A stretch of DNA of 64,000 bases from the human T2T-CHM13v2.0 reference genome, Homo sapiens. Below are positions 50,031 to 64,000 of the stretch, piece after piece (the first letter of the stretch is position 1; every line of letters starts with the position of its first letter). Where the stretch lies: NCBI RefSeq assembly GCF_009914755.1, contig NC_060927.1, one strand, 5' to 3'. The notes under the pieces are model-generated. The model saw only the letters and a list, made by a program, of their open reading frames with translations. It was not told the DNA's origin and did no database searches. The position numbers and the translations under genes are program-made.

Positions 50031-52949
50031 TTATTCTATTCTTTATTTACTTTTTGCATGGTACTTACCATGTCTCCCCCTTTCTTCCCACCAGTTTTCT
50101 CCACACTTCACCACTCTGAAGCTTATCCTTTGTCCCCCACCCCTGAACCACAGCACCCAACTAAACCAAGTCCAAACCAAAATTCAAATCCTCCTCTGAT
50201 TTTTGTTCTCTTCTCCCTTTCTCCTTCCTGGTTCCTCAAGATGTACAGTGATGTAAGCTCCTTCCTGTTCCTGATGATGCACAGTGATTTAGGCCATGTC
50301 CTCCCCCAGCTATGGAATTTCCTATATTCATATACTGCATCCTTAAAGACAAAGAACAACCCTACTTGGCAGTATGGGGATAGGGGATGGGACTGGGTTA
50401 GCAATTGCAGAATTTTCTTTGGTAGATGGGATGAAGAGTACATATGTGAGCACTTTTTCTTATTCTGTCACATTTCGAAAGATTTTTGTGATTTTGAATT
50501 AAGTGCAGACAATAAACCTACTGGAGGGTAAATGTGTGAGTAATTCCTACTTCCTTACTCCACAGGAGGCACATGCAAACTTACCTAGCATACAAAAGTC
50601 AGCGTGTGCACAGAAGGAAATCTCTATAATCTTTATCTGGTTGTAATAAGCGAGTAATGCTTTTGTAATTAAGGAGAAAAGATAGAAAACTTTAATAGTT
50701 TACAAAACAAAGAAAAGTATCCCCTAGTCACATAACCCTGTCTCCTTACATGTTTCTTTTGCCTCCTCTTTCTTTGGGAGAACTGTCTTCAGAGTTTCAA
50801 CCTCTGGCAAGCAGCACACACTTTCTGCTCTGTTTTTCCTGATTGCAGAAAACTCCAGTCCCAGAAAAGTAGAGAAAGGAACTCCCTTTCAGGCTTGTGT
50901 TCCCTCAGCAGGGTGGATCTAAGGCTAGTTAATGAATCCACCCTACTGAATCTTTGGGAAGCTGTTCCTAAGACAGACATCCTGAGGAGCCTAAGTCCCT
51001 GGAGTGAGGGAAGGGAGGGGCCCCTACCACCTCCCAGATGCCCTCTGCCCTCCTACAGAACCTTCCTATGCCTGTGGTTTGCATGGGGGAGGGAAGCAGC
51101 ATGGAGGGGGATTTGTATATTTCTGTGATATATATTTACATATTTCTATGAAATAAATATTTTTATTCTGTATTTCTATTAATTCACCTCAAATACAATA
51201 TTTTTGATACTGTTTTTGCTGTGATATATGAAAGGAAAAGCCAGTACAAATTGAGCTACTCTAAACATGGACTTAAAAGACCTGAGAGTGGAACTCATGC
51301 ATGTATCTTAATGGTGATGCTTAATTGTAATTTTGTTGCATCATCTCTGTACTTCTTATATGGAATGACTCATATACTGTGTTCCTATCAGAATAAATTC
51401 TCAGCTGTGAATCAAGCATTAATCTGGTAATTATTTTAAAAGGATGTAAGTAGCATCAAATTTTCTGTTCATGTATTTCTTTAAAAAGTATGAATCACTG
51501 AAGCCTTGTTCTGCACTACAAAGTGTGTATGTGCAGCAGGATAAGACTTGATGCTTGGTTTGGCCACTGACTGGCTGTTGGCAGGTACAGCAAGGAGACA
51601 GTGGGAGTTTTCCTGCCCACTTCTTGGGAAGCCACTGGCTGTTCTGACCTTGGATATTTCTAATGCCTCCCCAGAAGATGGGTGGTACTCAGCGGGCAAG
51701 CCAACTGCCCTCCACCCCTGCAAAATCCAGCTGATTGAGGGAAGAACTGTGTAGTAGGGCAGATGTGACCTAACCTGGGAGGACAATCCCTGATGGCAGT
51801 GTTACCTACCAATTGTGTCAATAGGAGAGACCTGCCCCCAGCATGTCCTAGAAAGTAACAGAAACTCTGATGGGATGGCATATGGAGGGAAGAGTAGGGA
51901 ATAAACACCACCTCCCATGGCTTTCAAAGCCTGCCTAAAAGATCCCAAGTCCAAAGCTTAGCACAGAGGAAACCCAGCCATTCCCTTCCCTCTACTTTGT
52001 AGTCTGGACTATGCAGCTTACTATAGCTGAGATTTACTGATGCTGTCCTTTGTTTTTCAAAAAATATAATCCTCCCTCTTATTCTTGCGCATCCCCAGGG
52101 AGAAGCAAAGAGCAGTCAAAATATGAATGGGACTGTCCTTTTCAGCAGGTAGGGTAAGAGGGGAATAAAAATCAGAAAAATAAGATATAACATTTCTTGT
52201 ACTCAGTGCTATAAAATAATTTAATCCTTGCTATATGCATATAAGGTAAACACACATATATGATCGTTCATTGTCAAATGGTTCTGCAATGCGACAGTCT
52301 TGAGGCTGTGGTGCTTGGGCACTGGGGGTAAGTCCCCAGACCCGACTACCTGAGGTGGTGGTGAGTACTGAGGAAGAAGCTAAAAATCACACCAAAACCT
52401 GGGGATTACATTGAGCCTTCTCCACCACAGTTCCAGGGCTCATGTAGAGAAACCACTAGAGAGAGGGGCAGTTTGTCCCTGTTTGTCCTTGTTTTTCACG
52501 TGTCTTCAAATTTCTAACAATGGCACAGGCAAATGCAGAGTGAAAATAAACTCGGCAAGTATTTATCAAACGATACTTGTGATAGGGTACAGAGACCCTA
52601 TCACAAAGAGTTTACAATCTTTTACAGTTGAGGAACCCAGTCATGAAACAAATATAAAACATTTCCACAGCCATGTACAGTCAAGTGTATAGTTCAAATG
52701 ATATACCTCCATAGAAGTACACTGAATGCTCTAGATGGGGAAGTATTTACTAGGGAGGGTTTGGCAGAGGAAGTCTGTCTTAGATTGAGCATCAAAGGAA
52801 GTATAGGAAGTAGGCTGACAGGAGGAGCATTGAGCAGGGGAAGAGGGCATTTGCAAGGCACAGAAGCCAGGATCAGCAGCAGTACAAAAACTGGGTGCTA
52901 GAGAGGAAGTTCAGAAATGCAGGCAAACCACACTTCCCACTATTATTCT

Positions 52950-53970
<1,021 letters not shown>

Positions 53971-54389
53971 TATGATCTCTTAAGCTTCTGTCCTAAGCTA
54001 TAACTCTGCAGGTATTAAAAGTAAAACCAGTCTTGAATGTAATTGACTGAAATCACGATTTGCCTTTTCAACCCTGAGTGACACTTTAGTGCACAAACAC
54101 AACCATTACAGAAATTATCCTAATAAATATCTTACTTTATCAGTGTATATACTCTGAATTGGGTTGGCATAATCTTAGAAGGTTTAGAAAGACTCCATAA
54201 GCTTTGACATCTACATGACTTCCTATAGCTCAACCTAGAATGGTGATCAACAACAACAACAACAAAAACGGAAGGCAGACCATCTTATAACACAGGTATG
54301 TAAGAGGGCTGGGGAGGGCGCTGTACGTACAGTTGAATCAACTCAAATCTCTCAGTGAAGAAATTAGTTGTATTCTGAAACAGAAGATG

Positions 54390-54797
54390 CCATCGTCCAT
54401 TAGTATAGCTATGAAGAAATACCTGAGGCTGGGTAATCTATAAAGAAAAGAGGTTTATTTGTCTCATGATTTTTCAGGCTGTACAAGAAGCATGGCACCA
54501 GCATCTCCATCTGGTGGGAGCCTCAGGCTGCTTCCACTCATGATGGAAGGTGAAGGGGAGCCAGCTATGCAGTCACATGGCAAGAGAGGAAGCAAAGGGA
54601 GGGGAGGTACCAGGCTCTTTAACAACCAGCTCCAGCAGGAACTAACAGAGTGGGAAATCATTCGTTAGCACAAGGATGGCACCAAGCCATTCATGAGGGA
54701 TCTGCCCGCATGACCCAAACACTGCCCATTAGGCACCACAACATTACAGATCATATTTCAACATGAGGTTTGGAGGGACAAACATCCAAACTATAGC
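54390..54797 (-). mobile_element. MSTB-type MaLR solo LTR
   Basis: GCTATGAAGAAATACCTGAGGCTGGGTAAT...AACATCCAAACTATAGCA. Confidence 0.8.
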
Positions 54798-55324
54798 AGG
54801 AAGTGTAAAATCTTATAAATTCCCAATACTTTAAAAAGACAATAAAACACAAAATGAAAAATCTAGAGAATCTGAAGCAGTGAAGGGGGTCTGAGAAATC
54901 ATGAGGTCAAAGCTTCTTAGTAGAGAGGCAGAGGAAAGCAAAGGGAAGAGAGGTTGAAAGAGGCCAAAACACATTACCTGGATGCAATGAAGACTAAGAT
55001 TGTTACCCTGACAAGAAAGACAGCTCATTATTCACTTTCTACTTTGCCACACAGCCCAGCATAATAATGTCCACACATGACTGATATTCTGCTGAATGGA
55101 ACTAAATCTGTCCAGGGATTGGTGGAAAGAAATGTGGTGGAAGATGACAGTGAGTATTATGGAGAAGGGGAGGAGGATAGCCACAGACCCCAGCCAAGGA
55201 GCTATCAAAATGATCTGTCTCCAATTACTTCACCCACATCCTATTCTAAGCCACAGAGTACAAGAACACCAGTATCAACGATGGTCTCCGTTTGGTGATT
55301 TTCCACTTTTCTCCTTACCTCACA

Positions 55325-56490
55325 CCCATAGGATGGCTACTATAAACAAACAAAACCAGAAAATAACAAGTGTTGGTGAGAATACGGAGAAATTGGAATC
55401 CTTGTGCATTGCTGGTGGAAATGTAAAATGGTACAACCACTATGCAAAACAGTATGGAAATTCCTCAAATAATTAAAAATAGAATTACCATATGATCCAG
55501 TAATTCCACTTCTGGGTATATATCTAAAAGAACTGAAACCAGCATCTTGAAGAGATACATGTATACCTATGTTTATAAAACATTATTCACAATAGCTGCT
55601 ATAGTTTGTATATTTGTTCCCCCAAACCTCATGTTGAAATCTGATCCCTGATATTGGAGATGGTGCCTAGTGGACAGTGTTTGGGTCATGGGGGCAGATT
55701 CCTCATGAAAGGTTTGGTGCCATCCTTGCTGTAATGAGTGACTTCTCGCTCTATTAGTTCCTGCCAGAGCTGGTTGTCAGAAAGAGCCTGGCACCTCCCC
55801 GCTTCTCCTGCTTCCTCTCTCACCATGTGATCTCTACACACCAGCTCCCCTTCACCTTGCACCACAAGTGGAAACAGCCAGAGGCCCTCACCAGATGGAG
55901 ATGCTTGTGTCACACTTCTTGTACAGCCTGCAGAACCATGAGCCAAATAAACCTCTTTTAAAAACAAGTTACCCAGCCTCAGGTATTCCTTTTATAACAA
56001 CACAAATGAAGTAAAGCAACAGCTAAAAAGTGGATGCATCACAAGTGTTCACCAACAGATGAATGGATAAGCAAAATGCAGTATGTACGTGCAATGGAAT
56101 ATTATTCAGCCTTAAAAACTAAGGGAATTCTGACATGCTACAGCATGGATAAACCCTGAGGACATTATGGGAAATAGGCCAGTCACAAAAAGACAAGTAC
56201 TATATGACTCCACTTATATCAGATACCTAGTATAGTCAAAATCATAAAGACAGAAAGTAGAAGGGCTGTTTCCAGGAGCTAGGTGGAGGGGATAATAGGG
56301 AGTTATTGTTTAATGGGTATAGAGTTTCTGTTTTACAAGATGAAAAGAATTATAGAGGTGGATGATTACTGTGGTTGCACATTATAAATGTATTTAATAC
56401 CACTGAATTGTACACTTAAAATGGTCAAGACAGTAAATTTTGTATTATGTATATTTTACCACAATAAAAAAACTGGGAAAAAAGAAAAAA
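55325..56490 (+). mobile_element. L1MA/MB 3' end interrupted by MSTB
   Basis: ORF2 C-terminal text and 3'UTR ending CACAATAAAAAAA. Confidence 0.75.
55597..56017 (+). mobile_element. MSTB-type MaLR solo LTR
   Basis: TGCTATAGTTTG...CTCATGTTGAAATCTGATCC...TACCCAGCCTCAGGTATTCC. Confidence 0.8.
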
Positions 56491-56618
56491 TGCAAACTAA
56501 GGGAGAACACTACAGTTATGGATGTAGTGATCCAGTCATTGGTTAGAGAGATCCTTTTCTATAGGCAATAAAATCAAGCTGTTAAACATTACAGGTTTCA
56601 GAAATCAGAACAATATGG

Positions 56619-56632
56619 GCTCCCTCTAGTGG
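56619..56632 (-). promoter_or_regulatory. Candidate CTCF core motif
   Basis: Minus strand reads CCACTAGAGGGAGC, close to the CCASYAGRKGGCRC consensus, in non-repeat DNA. Confidence 0.45.
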
Positions 56633-57338
56633 TTTAAAACACCTTTAAATACTCTCAGATACTGAAAGGAAGATTCTAATTTATTTTGATTTCTTGGTGA
56701 GGGGTGGGGAGAGAGATCACCTAATTATTTTCTTATTGGGAAACCCAAGTCTCACAAGTAGATCACTACTAACATTCATCCCAATAGATGAGGAGAGGGG
56801 AGTAGGCCCATAGATCAAATGTGATGGCTCCAAAGCCACAAGGCAAGTTTATCTACTCCCTTCAGGATCCATCAGAAGCTTAAGCAGCCATGAATGAAGA
56901 GAAGGGGGCAGAGCTAAGCCATATGACAAGGAAGACAGCTCACTCCCCCTTTGACTAATATCGTTCTCTTTGTCCTATCACCATAACATAAAAAACGAAT
57001 TTACTCATGTGGCTATGAAAACATCTCTGAAGAAACCAAATAAAATAGTTTCAAACAGGTTTCAGGCCAAGCCCAGCCTAAGTTTATAGGCTGCCTTGGC
57101 TGCTCTGACCGTTAAGATTTGTTTGAATTTCTCAGTGCTATCATACAAAGAGAGGTCTCATCACTTCACAGTCATTTATCCTATTAAAAACTGCATTCTA
57201 ATCAGGTGATTTTTATGATTTGAAGGCTGAGAGAGGATTTTTTTTTTCACAGTATAGCAAATCTGAGTAAGGCTGCCATTTGCACTGAAGCTTTCAGTCT
57301 TGTTATATAACACCTTGTTATATAAAGTGTTGGGGATC

Positions 57339-57734
<396 letters not shown>

Positions 57735-58007
57735 CTAAAGTGTGATCTACAGGTGAAAAAAAACCAGTGCAAATAAATCAAAGGCAAAGGAAAAGCATGA
57801 AATATCTCTGCTAAGAAATGTAAATAACAATTACGAAACAGATGGGCAATGTAATTGGTACCTAGCTGATTGCAACTGTAGCTATCTATAATGGCATAGT
57901 TTTCTGCCATTGCTAAGAGAGTTACTGTTCATAAAAAAAACAGATTAGTTTATGTAGTTTAGAGGAAAAAGCCTTTTCAACAAAATATCAGAGAAATGAC
58001 AGAAATA

Positions 58008-58307
<300 letters not shown>

Positions 58308-59519
58308 AGAAAGAAAATTATTCTTGAATCCGTTTCTAAAAAATGTATCAACCAGTCCAAAGTTTCTTTCAAAGAAGATGGTAAAAATCTGAACAAAGTT
58401 CTTTTGAATTCTATTAAGTGCCATGAGAGTTGCTCTGATTTGCTTTACTAAAATTTAAGTAGAATGCATGAAAACAAAAGCAGCTTCTGGTATAGTATGA
58501 GATAGTGTTAGCATAAATAAAATGCCATCGAGTTTTTAAATACTATCTAAGTTCTATACTAAATAGCATGCCACTTACACTTGAAAATAAATGTAATTAA
58601 GTACAATGTTTATGGTAATTTCTATAAAATGTTGGGCATCAGATCCCCAGTTAGAATAAACATTTTCTGTCACATCACTTTTTCTATGAGAAAATAAGAT
58701 TCAAATTAAAATTGTTTTAATTGTCAGAACATTTTTCTGCTGAGCATGAGGACTGTCTATAGGCTGGATTCCCCCAACACTATTTCACTAGTAAATTGAC
58801 TAAGAAGCATGTGTTTTTCATGAGATGTCATCATCTACATGGGTTTACTCAGGTACCAGTGAAACCCACAATTATACCCCATCAAAGCCCTTTATGTGAG
58901 GCATGCTTCAAAACCTCAGTTGGCTTCCTTACTCATCAGGAATGATATAACACATTTTCTTCACGTGCTCTTTCCAGTAAGTCATCTTTCAGATCACAGA
59001 ACCAAAACACTGTCATTTTGTGATAGATATTCCAGAGGAGGAGGTGACATACACATTCACGAAGTCAAGAAATGAAAAACTGTCAGCCAGTGGGTTTGAA
59101 TTTGTTATTATTCTGCAGTTTTCACATCATTTATTTATGTTCAACTAAATAATATGGTCCCTAAGGGCAAAGATTATACTTTATTCTCCCTATAGGGCCA
59201 GGATATTATGAGTATGTATAATAGGGCTAAAAGATACTTGTGGAAGAAATTATTTTTATGTTTCAATCTGTAGCAGAGAGACATGTGCCTTGTTTCTCGG
59301 AACAGCTAAAAATGATAAAGGATTTAAGATGTAAATTATTAAAGAAACAAACAAAAAATATTTCCCCCAAATTCCGATGATGAATAAAATATGTTTAAGA
59401 TATAGTGTTCCTGCAAAGCTATAATTTGGAATAAGTACACTTTAATGCATTTTACTCTATGTGTGTTAATCCTCACCTTTAAAATAAAGATATAATGCTC
59501 TTACAGTATTATCTAGGAC

Positions 59520-60425
59520 TTATTTGACACAAATCATTCATAACGTCATCCTTGTCTCAGAAATGACAATTCCATTTGTGAAGTTGCTCAGGCCAAACCT
59601 GAGGGTCATCTGTGATGCCTCTCTTTTGTTACCCCTCACCTCCAACGTATTATCAAATCCTTTATTTTGCATTGAAAATCTATGCACAACCCAACCACTT
59701 TGGCTACCTCCACATTTCCTGCCCTGGTCCAAGACACCGTCTCTGTCCTAAGCCATTGCCATGACTTCCTACCTGGTCTCTCTGCCTTTGCTCATATCCT
59801 GTGCATTTTACAGTCAACAGAGTATCCAGAGGCCCCATTAACACATAAGTCAGACTCTGACTATCCATTCCTCTACTCAGAGCCCTCCGGCAGCTCCCAT
59901 GCCACCCAGAGTTAAGCCAAATGACCTAAAAATCCCTGTGTGATCCTCTGCATCATATTTATGGACTCAAACTCCCATCACTCCCTGTGATCCAGCCACG
60001 AGTTTCTTTGCTGTTCCTTAATAGCCCAGGCCCACCCCTGGGCCTTTAGGGTGCTGTGCCTTCTGCCTGCACTGCTCTTCCTCCACTAGGTATCTGCATG
60101 GCTTTCCCATCACTCACTCCAGGTCTTAACCCAGAAATCATTCTCCCTAGGACATTTTCTCAGACCAACTTCCTTAAAACTATACCACCACCCCCACCGT
60201 GGTACTTCCTATCTCCCTTCCTCACCTTATTTTTCTCCTGAGTGGTTATTACTGATTAACATACTATACATTTCATCTCATTATCATCTATCTTCCCCCC
60301 TAAAATACACTCCACGAGTACAGAGGTTTTCCTTCCTTTTGTTCACTGCTGTATCCTCACTGCGAAGAAAAGTGTCTGGCATCAAGTAGGTGCTAATATA
60401 TCTTTATTGAATTAACTGAATGAGT
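59520..60425 (+). mobile_element. L2 LINE 3' region
   Basis: Pyrimidine-rich L2 text ending TTCACTGCTGTATCC...GTAGGTGCT...TGAATGA. Confidence 0.75.
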
Positions 60426-61728
60426 TCTAATTCCTACTTATTGGAAGATTCTAGAAGTCCTGTCAGTTTCATAAGAAAAAGGTGCTTTTTGTTAGCAGGT
60501 TTGGTATCATTATCTTTTTATCTACCCAAGAGTTGATAAGTACATTTCTCTCTGTATCCATACAGCAAGGAAAGTCACTGGGTACCTTCTTTCACTAGAG
60601 TCAGATACCACAAACAGAGGGATGTGAGAAATTTTCTGGACTGTCCTTCGTAGGAGACAGGGTGGGTTGTATTCTTCCCCTTCCCCTTCTTTACAGGAGG
60701 GAATAAGAAGTGTTCAGCGAGGCTCAGGGACCTACCACAGGTCCAGGCCATGTGGGAAGCTGGGGCACAATCCTCACCCAGGGCTGCTTCTTCAACTGGA
60801 CACTTCAACATGCAGCTGGGTCAAGTGTGCAAGGCATCCCTCCCACAACCCCTGGTGCTGCTGGTCCCTGGAAGTTTAGAAGCAGACCAGTCAGCACTGC
60901 CTGGATGCCCTCATAGCTAGGACTGACCCCTTTACAAGGGACAAAAAAAAAAGGAAACACAGCAAACCTCTGATGGTGGCTGGACTGCAGGAGAGTCACT
61001 GGTAGGCCCAGTGACCAGGGACACTCAGGAAAGGCATATCTAAATCCTGATGGATGAGGGTAGCCTTTTCTTCTCATAACTGGAGAAAATAAATATACAA
61101 GCTCAGGGATTTTCTCTGTGGGTTCTAGGGGGCCGTTCTGTCACTATTAACTGTGATAAAAATGAAATGCCATCTGCACACGGGTCTGGTTTTGAAGAAA
61201 AAGGGGGAGATTGTATAGTTAGCATGTAACTGTTGAAGAGCATAAACAATTGCCAACAAATACTTGCAAAAAATGTCATCAAACAAAAAGGAAATGTTCT
61301 AGGTGTTTGTAAAAGGCAAGAGAAAAATGTGATGTTCCTTATTAAAGAACATTAAGAACACTGAAATAAAGTATAATTTTAATACTTTACAATATTTTTC
61401 ACAATCAAGAAAAAGTTTATGTTGCTGAAGAGGGAGTAAAAGTCAAGGGGAAGAAGGTAGAGAATAAAAAAAGAATAAAAATAATTAAAACAGAAAAATG
61501 CTCTAATTCTATTGAAGGTACTTCTCCCTATTTTTCAAAAAAGACCAAACATTAAAAAGTCATGAAGAGACCTCATCAAAATTAAAAACTTTTCAAAGCT
61601 TATGTGAAGCTACAGACTGGGAAAAAATAGTTGCAAACCACATATCCAACAAAGGAGTACTACCTAGGATACAGAAATATTTTTTAAAACTCAACAACTA
61701 AAAAAATCATTAGAAAATGGGCAAAAAC

Positions 61729-62747
61729 TTCAGCCATTGTGGAAGACAGTGTGGTGATTCCTCAAGGATCTAGAACCAGAAATACCATTTGACCCAGCAA
61801 TCCCATTACTGGGCATATACCCAAAGGATTATAAATCATGCTGCCACAAAGACACATGCACATGTATGTTTACTGCAGCACTATTCACAATAGCGAAGAC
61901 TTGGAACCAACCCAAATGTCCATCAATGATAGACTGGATTAAGAAAATGTGGCACATATACACCATGGAATACTATGCAGCCATAAAAAATGATGAGTTC
62001 ATGTCCTTTGTGGGGACATGGATGAAGCTGGGAACCATCATTCTGAGCAAACTATCGCAAGGACAAAAAACCAAACACCGCATGTTCTCACTCATACGTG
62101 GGAATTGAACAATGAGAACACCTGGACACAGGAAGGGGAACATCACACACCGGGGCCTGTTGTGGGGTAGGGGGAGGCGGGAGGGATAGCATTAGGAGAT
62201 ATACCTAATGTAAATGACGAGTTAATGGGTGTAGCACACCAACATGGCACATGTATACATATGTAACAAACCTGCACGTTGTGCACATGTACCCTATAAC
62301 TTAAAGTATAATAAAAAAAAAAAAAAGAAAAGAAAAAAAAGAAATCTACAAAGAAAAAAAGAAGAAAGAAAATGTGGCACATATACATCATGGAATACTA
62401 TGCAGCCATAGAAAAGGATGAATTCATGTCCTTTGTAGGGACACGGATGAAGCTGGAAACCATCATTCTGAGCAAACTATTGCAAGGACAGAAAACCAAA
62501 CACCGCATGTTCTCAGTCATACATGGGAATTGAACAATGAGAACACTTGGACACAGGGTGGGGAACATCACACAACGGGGCCTGTTGTGGGGTGGAGGGA
62601 GGGGAGAGGGATAGCATTAGGAGATATACCTAATGTAAATAATGAGTTAACGGGTGCAGCACACCAACATGGCACATGTACACGTATGTAACAAACCTGC
62701 ACGTTGTGCACATGTACCCTAGAACTTAAATTTAAAAAAAAAGAAAT
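61729..62747 (+). mobile_element. Two tandem 5'-truncated L1PA5/6 3' ends inside one TSD
   Basis: 3'UTR copies at about 61729-62340 and 62365-62745; TSD AAAATGGGCAAAAAC at 61714 and 62748. Confidence 0.88.
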
Positions 62748-63521
62748 AAAATGGGCAAAAACATAGACATTTCACTGAAGAGGATTCAGCAATGGCAAAT
62801 AAGCACTTGAAAAGTTGTTCAGCATCATTAGCCATCAGGAAAATACAAATTAAAACTACAATGCAATATGACTACATACCCATCAGAATGGCTAAAATAA
62901 AAATTAGTGATAGCACCAAATTCTGGCAAGGATATGGAGAAACTAGATCACTCACACATTGCTGGTGGGAATATAAAATGGTAAAACCACTCTGGAAAAC
63001 AGTTTGGCAGTTTCTTATAAAACTCAACATGCAATTACCATTCAACCCAGCAATGTTACCTTTGAACATTAATCCCAGAGAAAGAAAAACTTATGTTAAT
63101 ACAAAAACCAGTACTAAAATGTTCATAGCAACTTTATTTGTAATAGCCAAAAACAGGAATCAGACCAGATGTCCTTCAGTGGGTGAATGTTTAAACAAAT
63201 TGTGGTATATATATACCATAGATAATAATCAGCAATAAAAAGGAATAAGCTACTGGTATACACATATATTGAATGAATCTCCAGGGAACTGTGCTGAAGG
63301 AAAAAGTCAACCCCAAAAGGTTATACACTGTATGATTACATTTATATAACATTTTTGAGAGACAAAATTTTGGAGACAGAGAACAGATTTTGGTGATCAT
63401 CAGGGGTAAGGAATTGGGGTGGCTGAGGGGTCCCATGGTAATGGAGCAGTCCTGTATTTTGATGGTGGTGGTAGATACATGAACCTATACATGTGACAAA
63501 ACTGTATAGAACTAAACACAA

Positions 63522-63818
<297 letters not shown>

Positions 63819-64000
63819 GAACTAAACACAAATACACACACACAAGTACAGGTAAAACTGGGGAAATCTGAATTAGATCAGTGGATTGTATCATTGTAAA
63901 TATACTGGTTGTGACACAGCTCTACAGTTCTACAAAATATCACCATCCAGGAAACTAGGTAACAGGTACACAAAATCTCTGTGTATTATTTCTTACAACT

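Noticed and set aside
49741-50531. 152- and 157-aa ORFs
   Set aside because: Partly Alu-derived or low-complexity pyrimidine-rich; no domain or splice support.

Overview
Primate (human-like) nuclear DNA, AT-rich and dominated by interspersed repeats: more than 20 Alus, young and ancient L1s, L2/MIR, MaLR and ERV1 LTRs, and DNA transposon fossils. I find no intact protein-coding gene. Most ORFs in the track lie in repeats, on antisense strands or in pseudogenes, and I recognise none of the rest as a host protein. Firm calls: a full-length RPL18A processed pseudogene interrupted by an internally deleted HERV-W (LTR17) solo LTR, a Y1 RNA retrocopy, a two-LTR THE1 provirus, and a twin-primed 5'-inverted L1PA2-like element inside a MER39-like LTR. 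The most unusual structures are: (1) an L1PA8-like insertion that appears spliced in its 5'UTR, is internally deleted and carries a 3' transduction inside one 14-bp TSD; (2) a 127-bp inverted templated insertion in the THE1 interior matching DNA about 4.5 kb away; (3) a highly decayed, possibly H2B-like reading frame; (4) an unidentified coding-like relic. Subfamily names come from my recollection of consensus sequences, not from a RepeatMasker run, and boundaries of old elements are approximate.
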